From contig CAZKPX010000002.1 in NCBI GenBank assembly GCA_964554805.1, positions 178,080 through 242,079 on the forward strand: a stretch of DNA of 64,000 nucleotides. Direction: 5' to 3'. The notes under the pieces are model-generated. The model worked only from the letters and a program-made list of their open reading frames with translations. It was not told the origin of the DNA and did no database searches. The stretch is from an uncultured Candidatus Saccharibacteria bacterium. Its GTDB lineage: Bacteria; Patescibacteriota; CAZHWT01. The position numbers and the translations under genes were made by a program. This document shows, piece after piece, positions 1-9,187 of the stretch (within the stretch, counting starts at the first letter, position 1; each line of letters starts with the position of its first letter).

Positions 1-422
1 AGCCAATTAACAATATGCTCAACTTCATAATCGGTTTTGCCGTAGACATTGGTGTCTCGAGTAGCTAATCGATGCCTCAGCGTCTGCTCGTCAATCATTA
101 AAAATATGACGTTGGTTAGTAGTCGATGAATGTCCTGATCATTGGCACTGGTGCCGCATAAGAAAATATCTTGAGTTTCAGCTGTTTTGGCGATAGTCTC
201 TACTCGTTTTTGGTCAAGGCGCCACTGATAATCTTGATACCACTGAGGATCGAGCGTCTGGGGGAGATTGGCTTGAGGGACTGCTTGTCCTGTTTGACGA
301 TGGTGCCACATGGCGATATCGTCTTCGTCAACATCGTATGCTAGGTAGCCTTTTTGCAAAAGGAGGTTTCTGAGTGTAGATTTTCCAGTGCCGGCTACTC
401 CAGTAATGTAGTGCAAAGCCAT
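1..422 (-). CDS. P-loop NTPase (AAA/nucleoside-kinase-like ATPase), N-terminal part. The gene continues beyond the window start.
   Basis: Minus-strand translation from the ATG at 420-422 gives MALHYITGVAGTGKSTLRNLL, a Walker A motif (GxxGxGKST). The reading frame stays open to position 1. Confidence 0.55.
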   Translation of the reverse strand, partial: MALHYITGVAGTGKSTLRNLLLQKGYLAYDVDEDDIAMWHHRQTGQAVPQANLPQTLDPQWYQDYQWRLDQKRVETIAKTAETQDIFLCGTSANDQDIHRLLTNVIFLMIDEQTLRHRLATRDTNVYGKTDYEVEHIVNW

Positions 423-565
423 CGTGACCTCCTTTTGTAATGCATCAACTTTTATCTCAAATGTATATGTATAAAAGCTGAGTATACGAGTATCACTATT
501 GACTGTCAATATAGCTAATTATGTTGTTACAGCAAGCAAAATAGAGATGCTTGCTTGAGCAGTTA

Positions 566-961
566 TTATACTGGCAATATATCGAGCACGTGCTGCTTGA
601 CTTGTTGTTGAATATGTCTTATTTCAGCTATAGGCATATCGAAAGGGTCTTCGATATCCCATTTGACCACCTTGTCCGATTGCAAGAGATAGTCGGGAAT
701 ATCATATTTGTGAATGAGGTATATAGCATCTGCCTGGTCGACCATGTCTGGAGTAACTTGTCTGACTGGTTGGTGACTGACATCTATGCCCTCTTCGGCC
801 ATCAGCAAGATGGTCTCATGGTGCGGTATCGACCATTGATGGGGGGTGTTGGGATCTATGCCGGCGCTGGTGGCGTCTTGTGATTTGGTATAAAAATTGT
901 AGTAACCTTGCGCCATTTGACTGCGCTGAAGATTGCCCCGGCAGATAAAGAGTATGTTCAT
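566..961 (-). CDS. Low-molecular-weight protein-tyrosine phosphatase / ArsC-like reductase family
   Basis: The N-terminal P-loop CRGNLQRS (C-X5-R-S) at residues 8-15 is the LMW-PTP signature. Length is 131 aa. Confidence 0.7.
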   Translation of the reverse strand: MNILFICRGNLQRSQMAQGYYNFYTKSQDATSAGIDPNTPHQWSIPHHETILLMAEEGIDVSHQPVRQVTPDMVDQADAIYLIHKYDIPDYLLQSDKVVKWDIEDPFDMPIAEIRHIQQQVKQHVLDILPV

Positions 962-1083
962 TTGTCCATGGTATCAGAGACGGCTTGTTTGCGCCAGGAT
1001 GCTGCAGATGTAAAAAGGTGTTCGCTTAATAAATGGAACTTAGATTGATCAGCTTGCGTTGCTGCTTCTGTTATACTTAGCTT

Positions 1084-2511
1084 ATGGAGCAAAGTTTTTT
1101 CTTCTACGATATTGAAACTAGCGGTCTTAACCCTCGTCGCGATAGGATTATGCAGTTTGCTGGACAAAGAACAACATTGAACTTTGAGCCTATTGGTCAG
1201 CCTGTAAATGTCATGGTGGCGCTGACAGACGATATAGTGCCGAGCCCTTGGGCGACTATGATAACCGGCATTACGCCGCAGCAAACTTTGACTGAAGGTA
1301 TGTCGGAACCGCAGTTTGCTCAAATGCTGCAGCAGGATATATTTACACCACAAACTATTGCCGTTGGGTTTAACAATATTCGTTTTGACGATGAATTTGT
1401 TCGGCACCTCTTTTGGCGAAATTTTTATGATCCATACACCTGGACTTGGGAAGATGGGCGCAGCCGCTGGGATTTGTTGGATGTTGTGCGCATGACGCGA
1501 GCCTTGCGCCCGGACGGAATTAATTGGCCAACTGACGGTAATGGCGATTCTATTAATAAGCTCGAATTGCTAACCGAGGCAAACGGCTTAAATCATGAGA
1601 AGGCGCATGATGCCTTGAGTGATATCGAAGCGACTATTGCTGTTGCCAAGCTATTACGTCAGCATCAACCCAAGCTGTTTAGTTATTTGTTATCTATGAG
1701 AGACAAGAAAAATGTTTCTCAGTTAGTCAATCTCAGTGATCGTCGCCCATTTGTTTATACAAGTGGTCGTTATGGCAAAGTCAATAACTTTACGACGGTC
1801 GCTTATCCGGTTAGTGTCGGTAGCAACAAGAGTGAGTTGATTGTTTATGATACTCGGTTTGAGGTTATGGACTTGAAAGATCTTAGCCCGCAGCAGGTGC
1901 ATGATGGTTTATTTGGATCATACGAATCAAAAAGTAAGGGTCCGGTTATACCATTTAAGAGATTTAAATCTAATGCCTGCCCAGCGGTTGCGCCTGTGTC
2001 GGTGCTAGAGAGCGATGATGGCTGGCAACGGGTGGGGCTGGACAAAGAGCTCGTTGCATCTCGGATCCAGTCTCTGTATGCTGTGCCGGAGGTTATTACC
2101 CTTATAGAGGAAGCATTTGCTAGTCGACCAGAGTTTGATAGTGGGTCTGACCCAGAAGAGCAGCTCTATGACGGCTTCCTTAATGATACTGACCGGCGCT
2201 TATTGTCTCAAGTTCGTCATAAAGATGAGGCTGGTTTGGTTGATTTTCATCCTCTCTTTGCCGACCAACGCTTACCGGAGCTGTTATTGCATTATAAGGC
2301 CCGCCACTTTAGCTCTAGCTTAAGTTATGATGAACAGATTGCTTGGGGTAATTATCGTCACGACCGACTCATGCTGGCTGCCGGTCAATATATGAAAGAT
2401 ACACTAGCAATTGCAGCCATGAATATCGATGTGACGCAACAAGGCGCTTTGGACGATTTGCGCCGGTGGGTAGAGAAAGTAGTGCCGCGAGGCGGCTTGG
2501 ATCAACTATAA
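1084..2511 (+). CDS. sbcB: Exodeoxyribonuclease I (DEDDh 3'-5' exonuclease)
   Basis: The N-terminus FFFYDIETSGLNP is the Exo I DEDD motif. The 475-aa length and the SbcB C-terminal domain pattern fit. Confidence 0.8.
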   Translation: MEQSFFFYDIETSGLNPRRDRIMQFAGQRTTLNFEPIGQPVNVMVALTDDIVPSPWATMITGITPQQTLTEGMSEPQFAQMLQQDIFTPQTIAVGFNNIRFDDEFVRHLFWRNFYDPYTWTWEDGRSRWDLLDVVRMTRALRPDGINWPTDGNGDSINKLELLTEANGLNHEKAHDALSDIEATIAVAKLLRQHQPKLFSYLLSMRDKKNVSQLVNLSDRRPFVYTSGRYGKVNNFTTVAYPVSVGSNKSELIVYDTRFEVMDLKDLSPQQVHDGLFGSYESKSKGPVIPFKRFKSNACPAVAPVSVLESDDGWQRVGLDKELVASRIQSLYAVPEVITLIEEAFASRPEFDSGSDPEEQLYDGFLNDTDRRLLSQVRHKDEAGLVDFHPLFADQRLPELLLHYKARHFSSSLSYDEQIAWGNYRHDRLMLAAGQYMKDTLAIAAMNIDVTQQGALDDLRRWVEKVVPRGGLDQL

Positions 2512-2565
2512 GTTAGCTTTTATGGACAATACCTATTATAATAGCCAGGCATATTATTACTTATT

Positions 2566-3183
2566 ATGACAACTTTTGCAGAACAACTTTCAAATCTTTA
2601 TACCAGTATAGCTCAGTTCGGCCCAGCTAGTGTTCTGATTGAAGTAGTCATTATCTTGATTGCCGCCATAGTTTGTCAGCTGGTGGTTCGCTTTTCATTG
2701 CGGCGCCTCAAAAAATACTTGATTTATACAGCCGCCGGACCTATGGCACATCGACAAGCCCGAGCCTCTACTTTGACTCGGGTACTGCGAAGCACTTTGA
2801 GCGCTGTTATTTGGACAATTGCGATACTAATGATGCTTGACGCAGTTGGCATCAGTATCGCCCCATTTATTGCCAGTGCTGGTATAGTAGGCTTGGCAGT
2901 AAGCTTTGGGGCTCAGGAAATGATCCGCGATGGTTTTACGGGGTTCTTTTTTATACTAGAGAACCAGTTTAATGTTGGTAGTTATTTGCAGATTGCTGAT
3001 AAGAAGGGTGTGGTTATCAAAATGGATCTTCGGACTGTGACTCTGCGCGACGACAGTAATGAGGCTATTTATATTTTTCGCAACAGTCAAATTGGTGTAG
3101 TAAGCAAGTTTGATCCCGAAGTCGAAGCCAAGACAGAACAAGAAGCCAAAGAAGGTATAAAAGATACAAAGAAAAAGTCTTAA
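2566..3183 (+). CDS. Small-conductance mechanosensitive channel (MscS family)
   Basis: TM helices are followed by a conserved MscS beta-domain (GAQEMIRDGFTGFFFILENQFNVGSYLQI...GVVIKMDLRTVTLRD). It is preceded by a TATTAT -10 close to the ATG. Confidence 0.8.
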   Translation: MTTFAEQLSNLYTSIAQFGPASVLIEVVIILIAAIVCQLVVRFSLRRLKKYLIYTAAGPMAHRQARASTLTRVLRSTLSAVIWTIAILMMLDAVGISIAPFIASAGIVGLAVSFGAQEMIRDGFTGFFFILENQFNVGSYLQIADKKGVVIKMDLRTVTLRDDSNEAIYIFRNSQIGVVSKFDPEVEAKTEQEAKEGIKDTKKKS

Positions 3184-3184
3184 T

Positions 3185-3685
3185 ATGAATAAAGATTCCT
3201 CATTTGGTCAACGTCTGAGCATTGTCGGACCTCCTCTATTGCTAATCTTAGTCGGTGGGGCCGTCTATCTGACAGTTCAGTATCTGAGACAACCTTCAAT
3301 TCAAACCATCGAAGCGGTGCCTCAGCAGCAATCAAGTCCTTCAGCCAGCCAGCCTGAAAGTTCATCTTCGGCCACTCTCACCACCATCACTACTCAGGTA
3401 ACCGTCTATAGTGCCTCGCAGATTTCTGATATACAAAAAGGTGTTGATGGCGGTCAAGACGCATGGTATTTGAATCCACTATCAGCCGCCAAAGAGTTGG
3501 GGAGGGATCAAGGCTTTACGGTCAATGATGCATTCTCAACCATTCAGGCCAGTTCGTCAGCTAGCCCAAGTCAAATTCAAGTCAAGGCTATTCATCAAGG
3601 CAAGGCATATACTATCACTATGCATCAGCCCGGGATCAATGGCGCCAAGGGTATATGGCTGATCAAAGACATTGCGGCTAATTGA
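3185..3685 (+). CDS. Hypothetical membrane-anchored protein with a Ser-rich linker
   Basis: An N-terminal TM segment is followed by a Ser/Thr-rich low-complexity region and a small C-terminal domain. It overlaps the mscS stop (TAATATG). Confidence 0.5.
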   Translation: MNKDSSFGQRLSIVGPPLLLILVGGAVYLTVQYLRQPSIQTIEAVPQQQSSPSASQPESSSSATLTTITTQVTVYSASQISDIQKGVDGGQDAWYLNPLSAAKELGRDQGFTVNDAFSTIQASSSASPSQIQVKAIHQGKAYTITMHQPGINGAKGIWLIKDIAAN

Positions 3686-3696
3686 CAACTCTGGCG

Positions 3697-4983
3697 CTAA
3701 GCTTGCTTTATGGTATTTATTGCCTGATCAATGGTAGTGAGCGACTCTTGCTTGGTGATTAAGTTTCGCAATGAAACTTGTTTAGCTTGCTGTTCTTCTG
3801 GTCCTATAATAATAGCCCAAGCTACTCCGGCTTCAGCCGCGGCTTTGCATTGCTTGCCTATCGATGAGGGTTGGTAGACCATATCGGTTTTTATGCCAGC
3901 TTGTCTGAGTAAATTGGTGGTGCTCAAGGTTGATTGACTGGCATTATCTGAGTCATCAAAGAGAGTGACTACTGCTTGGGTTGGATATGGGACGGTAGGT
4001 AATTGACCTACTTCTTCTAAGGCCGCAATTAGCCTATCAAGTCCGACAGAGGCGCCAACTGCCGGCAAATCCTGCTTGCTGAATCGGCTTACTAATTGGT
4101 CATATCGTCCACCGCTAAAAATAGAGCCGTAGTTTGGGGCTTTGGTGAAATTTGTTTCGAAGACCAATCCGGAATAGTAATCTAACCCTCGGACAATAGA
4201 TGGGTCAAACTTTATGTACTGCTCCTTTAATCCAAGCTGCTTGGCCAACTCTATAACATGGTAAAGATGTGGGGCCTGCAGGCTTAAGTCTTGATTGGGA
4301 TTTAGCAGTTGTTGACGAAGGAGATCGATATCAAAACTGCTGAGTCCTAGCTGATGCAACGCCTGCTGACTGTCTTCCCAGCTGACCTTCTCTAAGCTGT
4401 CGAGTATTTTAAATAAACCTTTTGTTTGCTTATCGTCTAACTGGAGCTTAGCTGCTAGTTGATTAACTAATTGGCGGTCACTAACTCTGATTATAAAATC
4501 TTCAACTCCCAAATTAAGCAGAATATCCTGGATGAGGACCAGCACCTCGGCATCAGACATCGGGCTGCTGCTGCCGACGATATCTGCATCGAATTGATAG
4601 AACTCCCTGTAGCGCCCTCGCTGGCTATTATCTGCTCGCCACACAGGTGCGACCTGGTAGCGTTTAAATGGTTTGGCTAAGTCTGGATATTGCGCTACCA
4701 CCCGGGCCAATGGCACAGTTAGGTCATACCTCATCGCGACTTGACGTTGACCGTGATCGGTAAACTTGTAGAGCAATTTTTCGCCCTCATCGCCAAGTTT
4801 GCCTAGCAGAATATCAGCATATTCAAGTGTGGGCGTTTCCAAGGGTAAGAAGCCAGACAAGGACATGGTATGGCTGATATTGGCAATCATCGAGTTGCGT
4901 ACAGCCATTTGATTGGGCAAGGTATCTCTAAACCCTTTTAACAACCTTGGTTCTATTCTGGGAGTCTTGGTTGATTCGTTCAT
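3697..4983 (-). CDS. hisS: Histidine--tRNA ligase
   Basis: A class II aaRS with HisRS motifs (RGxxDxLP-like KGFRDTLP, GGRYD, anticodon-binding C-terminus). The start is chosen at the internal Met (MNESTKTPRIEPRLLKGFRD), which aligns with the canonical HisRS N-terminus. The ORF-track start at 5055 adds 24 aa and leaves only 18 bp to the capA start. Confidence 0.85.
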   Translation of the reverse strand: MNESTKTPRIEPRLLKGFRDTLPNQMAVRNSMIANISHTMSLSGFLPLETPTLEYADILLGKLGDEGEKLLYKFTDHGQRQVAMRYDLTVPLARVVAQYPDLAKPFKRYQVAPVWRADNSQRGRYREFYQFDADIVGSSSPMSDAEVLVLIQDILLNLGVEDFIIRVSDRQLVNQLAAKLQLDDKQTKGLFKILDSLEKVSWEDSQQALHQLGLSSFDIDLLRQQLLNPNQDLSLQAPHLYHVIELAKQLGLKEQYIKFDPSIVRGLDYYSGLVFETNFTKAPNYGSIFSGGRYDQLVSRFSKQDLPAVGASVGLDRLIAALEEVGQLPTVPYPTQAVVTLFDDSDNASQSTLSTTNLLRQAGIKTDMVYQPSSIGKQCKAAAEAGVAWAIIIGPEEQQAKQVSLRNLITKQESLTTIDQAINTIKQA

Positions 4984-5073
4984 GAATGAATTATAGCAGG
5001 CAGCCTGGTTTGCCACTACCCCTATATCTGATAGGTTGTCGAATAGTTCTGACAACTACGGTATACTAAGGCA

Positions 5074-6222
5074 ATGAAGTTGTTCCATAGGCCAAAATCT
5101 TTAAGCTATGTCATTATCGTGGTAGTGTTGTTATGCTTGGTGGCGGCGGGTGTTGTACTATATAACGTTTATCGCCAAGAGCTGGAGTTGTTTGCCGGAC
5201 AAGGCGAAACAATCATAGCTGATACTAACACTCCAAATTTATCTCCTACGACAACCCACAGTCAGCCAGCGACTATCAATTATGAGACCTTGTTCCTAGC
5301 CGCAGAGTTGCCGTCAGCCATCGATCATAGCAAGCTGCGAGTGGTGGTGGCTACCGGGGATATTATTCCTGCCCGTGGGGTGGATGCTCAAATACGAAAC
5401 AAAGGTGTAGATTTTCCTTTTGCAGGTGCTGGTGTTGTCGATATACTGAAAGAGGCTGATATCGCTGTTACCAATCTGGAAGCGCCGATTCTCCAAAACT
5501 GCCCGGTTCATAATGTGGGCTTTACTTTTTGCGGACAGGCCAGATTTGCTGAAGCTATGGCACGAGCAGGCATCGATATAGCTAGTCTGGAAAATAACCA
5601 TATTGGAAATTATGGTCAGGCTGGCATAGCTGAAACTATTAGCCATTTAGATTCTGCTGGCATATTATGGTCTAGCAAAAGCAAGTTGGCGATATTTGAC
5701 AGCAGGGGTATGAAATTCGGCCTACTATCCTTTAATGGTATCTCCAGTCAAGGAATACTTGAACAAGGGGCAATCGAGGCGATTAAGCAGGCAGATTCTG
5801 AGGTTGAGGTGCTGATGGTGTCGGTGCATTGGGGCAAGGAGTATGAACTAGTGCCAGCAAGCTCGCCCGGTATTGCTCCCGAAAATCCTTTGGATATTAG
5901 TCAGCTGCTTATTGATGCTGGGGCTGACCTGGTTATTGGCAACCATCCTCATTGGGTGCAGGGCGTGGAGTTGTACAAAGATAAGCTGATTACCTATGGT
6001 CATGGCAACTTTATCTTTGATCAGTCATGGAGCCTGGAAACAAGCCAGGGCGTGATTGGTCGTTATACATATTATGATGACCGATTAGTCAAGGTTGACT
6101 ATGTTCCTGTTCAAATTGCCAACCAAGCGCAACCACAATTGGCTCAGGGACAGGCGAAGATGGACATCTTGGCTCGGCTTAAAGAATCGACTGAATTGAT
6201 TCGTCAATTGCGTCAGAAATAG
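5074..6222 (+). CDS. CapA family protein (poly-gamma-glutamate synthesis / metallophosphatase-like)
   Basis: An N-terminal TM segment is followed by a CapA-type metallophosphoesterase fold (GDIIPARG...NLE.P...NNH.GNYG...HWG.E...GNHPH). TATACT sits 6 nt upstream of the ATG, suggesting a leaderless gene. Confidence 0.7.
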   Translation: MKLFHRPKSLSYVIIVVVLLCLVAAGVVLYNVYRQELELFAGQGETIIADTNTPNLSPTTTHSQPATINYETLFLAAELPSAIDHSKLRVVVATGDIIPARGVDAQIRNKGVDFPFAGAGVVDILKEADIAVTNLEAPILQNCPVHNVGFTFCGQARFAEAMARAGIDIASLENNHIGNYGQAGIAETISHLDSAGILWSSKSKLAIFDSRGMKFGLLSFNGISSQGILEQGAIEAIKQADSEVEVLMVSVHWGKEYELVPASSPGIAPENPLDISQLLIDAGADLVIGNHPHWVQGVELYKDKLITYGHGNFIFDQSWSLETSQGVIGRYTYYDDRLVKVDYVPVQIANQAQPQLAQGQAKMDILARLKESTELIRQLRQK

Positions 6223-6295
6223 ATTTGGCATATAGCGCACGACCTAAAAACTCCTCGATTGGAGGAGTTTTGATAGTGCTGTTGGGTTGGCAATC

Positions 6296-6685
6296 TTAAG
6301 CTGCTGCCTCGAGGAATTTTTTGACCTCGTCTATTATTTGGTCGGGAGTATATGCGGATTTGATTAGGTAGCCGTCGGCGCCGAGATTGAATCCTTCTTT
6401 AATAACTGAATCTTGGCCCAAGTTGGTTAACAAAATAACTGGCACATCCTTCGTCTGATCTTGCGCTTTGATAGCCTTTAACAAATCGAGGCCATTCATT
6501 TTTGGAAGCATGATATCCAAGAGCAATAGATGCGGGACCGTTTGGTTAATTTTGGTTAAACCTTCCGGGCCGTCGGCCGCACTGGCAACATCATAACCAG
6601 CCAATGATAATTGACGCTCATACAGTTCTCTAATAAAGAGATCATCTTCTACGATTAAAATTCGAGTTTGACTATTGTCTGCCAT
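6296..6685 (-). CDS. Single-domain response regulator (CheY-like receiver)
   Basis: ILIVEDD...LLLDIMLPKMNGLDLL...K has the receiver-domain Asp pocket and phospho-acceptor. There is no output domain (129 aa). Confidence 0.8.
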   Translation of the reverse strand: MADNSQTRILIVEDDLFIRELYERQLSLAGYDVASAADGPEGLTKINQTVPHLLLLDIMLPKMNGLDLLKAIKAQDQTKDVPVILLTNLGQDSVIKEGFNLGADGYLIKSAYTPDQIIDEVKKFLEAAA

Positions 6686-6735
6686 ATTAATGTAAGCTTA
6701 CCTGTTCCAATCGACACTTGTCAATAATTGGCTTG

Positions 6736-9105
6736 CTACCCTTTCATTTTGATTGTTTTACCTTGACGTACTAGCTCATACTCAGCGTCAGCAACTAAGC
6801 GACGAGTGGTGTTAATGGCTTCGGGGCTGACAGAGATGGAGCTAATTCCCCACTCGACTAACTTGCGAGTCATTTCAGGATAGACACTGGGTGCTTGCCC
6901 GCATATAGAAGACATAATACCATGCTCGGCGGCTCCTTTGACAACTTTTTGGAGGGCCCACATGACCGCCTCGTTTCGCTCATCGAACTGAGCAGCAACT
7001 TTGGGGTTATGCCGGTCGAGTCCCAAGATCAGTTGGGTCAAATCATTGGAGCCAATGGACAGGCCATCGATACCGACACCAATAAACTGATCGAGCATGA
7101 TGACATTGGCCGGCACTTCGACCATCATAAAGAGCTTAAAAGAGCCTCCTCTGTGCAAGCCGATTTGACTCATATGATGCTTGATTTCAACCAGCTCGCT
7201 TGGAGTGCGGACAAAGGGCACCATTAGCCATAGGTTTTTATGATATTGACGAACTTTTTTGACAGCTTGCAGCTCGAGCAATAGCTGTTGTCCGTCATTG
7301 CTGTGACGATATGCTCCGCGATAGCCAAGAGCAGGGTTGTCCTCATGGCCTTCATATTTCTGTCCGTGTTCTAGGTTGGCCAGCTGGTTGGCAGTCAGAT
7401 CACCAAGTCGGTATATCACTGGACGATTATCGAAAGGTTTGACCACTTCCATAATGCCTTCGTAGAGCGCGTCGACAAATACCTCAGATTTGCCTTTGTC
7501 TATAAAGTGTTGCGGGTGCTGACCGATGTGTTGGAAAAGGTATTCGGCTCGGAGCAATCCCACGCCATCGACATTTTTAGCTGCGACTTCGGCGGCTTGG
7601 CTTGGCTCGGAAATATTAACCATGACTTTTGTAGCAGTTTTCAGCTCAGAGTCTTGATCCGAGATGGCTTGAGTGACTTGACTGGAGTGTTTGATATGAG
7701 CATTGGCCGAAGTAACTGCCGCGCTCGAAGATTTAATAGCCAAGTCGCCTTGATAGACAGCGCCGGAGTTGCCATCGACGGTAATTGTTTCACCATTCTT
7801 TAACATTTTGGTGGCGCTGGTAGTTCCCAGAACGGCTGGAATGCCGAGTTCCCGAGCCACCATGGCTGCATTGGCAGTGCGTCCACCTTCGTTGCTGATT
7901 ATGGCAGATGGCAGCAGGCCGCTCGGAGTGAAGTTGAGTTCGGCCTCGTCTAAGACGATAATTGTATTTGGTTTTAGTTTTGATAAATCGTCGCCTGACT
8001 TAACTATTTTTACATGGCCTGCGGCGACACCGGGAGATGCCGGCAAACCGGTCAGTAGTGGGCTGGAGTTGGGGGAGGCTGCCGTTGAATGAGCAACACT
8101 GATGATATGCGCGCTGGATTGAGGATCTACGGGATTCGAGATAAGAGCATCTGACTGAACGATGTACAATGTGTGATCCGCATAGGCCCACTCTACTTGC
8201 TGCGCTTGTCCAAACTGCTCCTCAAGTCGGACTGTTAAGAGGGCTAGCTCAGTAATAAGTCTATCGGCTAGCTTTTGTTTGCGCTGCCAGGCTGCTGATA
8301 CCGGAATTCTAATATTTGCTTTGGTTAGCTCTGAAGTGGGGGCGTGAGTGGTTTTGGCTAATTGCCATTCTTGTCGAACTATATCTTTGCTCGTAATAAC
8401 CCAACCTTGCTTGCTGATTTGGTAATGATCGGGAGTTAGTTGACCATTAGCTATTGGCTCACCGAGTCCCCAGATAGCTTCGATTGTAATGCTGTTTGAG
8501 TCTAGGGTTAAAGGATTGATACTAAAACTGACGCCGGACATTTCAGCATCAACCATTCTTTGAATAATAACTCCACAACCATCGGGTATGGCATCGAGAT
8601 TTTTTTGGAGTCGGTAGTAGACAGCTTTGGCTTCGAATAAACTGGCCCAACAGTGCTTAACGGCTGCAAGCAGTTGTTTGTGGCCAATTATATTGAGATA
8701 TGAGGTGCCGGTGTTGTTGATGGAGCTATATTTGTCGTCCAAAATTGATTGGCGGACTGCTACGTGGACATCTTTGGTAGAAAGTTGTTGGTAGTTATGC
8801 AGGAGCTGTTGCTCGATTACGGCAGGTAGCTCGGCATGCAGAATTAACTGCTGGGCTACAGTTGCAGCATCCTGGAGCTTTTTGCTGTTATTAACATTGG
8901 CTTTTTGTAATACTTTGGGCAGTTTTTGATCAAGGTTGGTCTCTTGAAGAAATTGTTGAAAGACCTGACTTGAAATGACAAAGCCGTTGGGAATTGGCAT
9001 GCCAAGCTCAGTTAATCGTCCCAGATTGGCGGCTTTGCTGCCGATGTGTGGTGAAAGCTGAGGGTTGATTTGTGAAAGCCAGATAATGTGCTGTGATGAA
9101 GACAT
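6736..9105 (-). CDS. ppsA: Phosphoenolpyruvate synthase / pyruvate, water dikinase family
   Basis: It has an N-terminal PEP/pyruvate-binding (PPDK_N) domain and a central phospho-His mobile domain (GGRTANAAMVARELGIPAVLGT). The C-terminal PEP-utilizing TIM barrel and the 789-aa length fit ppsA. Confidence 0.75.
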   Translation of the reverse strand: MSSSQHIIWLSQINPQLSPHIGSKAANLGRLTELGMPIPNGFVISSQVFQQFLQETNLDQKLPKVLQKANVNNSKKLQDAATVAQQLILHAELPAVIEQQLLHNYQQLSTKDVHVAVRQSILDDKYSSINNTGTSYLNIIGHKQLLAAVKHCWASLFEAKAVYYRLQKNLDAIPDGCGVIIQRMVDAEMSGVSFSINPLTLDSNSITIEAIWGLGEPIANGQLTPDHYQISKQGWVITSKDIVRQEWQLAKTTHAPTSELTKANIRIPVSAAWQRKQKLADRLITELALLTVRLEEQFGQAQQVEWAYADHTLYIVQSDALISNPVDPQSSAHIISVAHSTAASPNSSPLLTGLPASPGVAAGHVKIVKSGDDLSKLKPNTIIVLDEAELNFTPSGLLPSAIISNEGGRTANAAMVARELGIPAVLGTTSATKMLKNGETITVDGNSGAVYQGDLAIKSSSAAVTSANAHIKHSSQVTQAISDQDSELKTATKVMVNISEPSQAAEVAAKNVDGVGLLRAEYLFQHIGQHPQHFIDKGKSEVFVDALYEGIMEVVKPFDNRPVIYRLGDLTANQLANLEHGQKYEGHEDNPALGYRGAYRHSNDGQQLLLELQAVKKVRQYHKNLWLMVPFVRTPSELVEIKHHMSQIGLHRGGSFKLFMMVEVPANVIMLDQFIGVGIDGLSIGSNDLTQLILGLDRHNPKVAAQFDERNEAVMWALQKVVKGAAEHGIMSSICGQAPSVYPEMTRKLVEWGISSISVSPEAINTTRRLVADAEYELVRQGKTIKMKG

Positions 9106-9187
9106 GGGCAGTCTATCCTTAACGGATATTTATAATGTAACTATAGCAAGCTTGGTTGATAAGCGCAATCAATTAATATTGCATCCA

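Noticed and set aside
958-1407. 149-aa minus-strand ORF overlapping the 5' part of sbcB
   Set aside because: It lies antisense within a well-supported exonuclease I gene. Its composition is Arg/His/Cys-rich and it has no SD or promoter, so it is a spurious overlapping ORF.
5055-5073. An 18-bp hisS-capA divergent spacer implied by the ORF-track hisS start
   Set aside because: The HisRS alignment supports the internal Met at 4983 (MNESTKTPRIEPRLLKGFRD). That gives a normal ~90-bp divergent promoter region, so the longer ORF is a likely over-extension.
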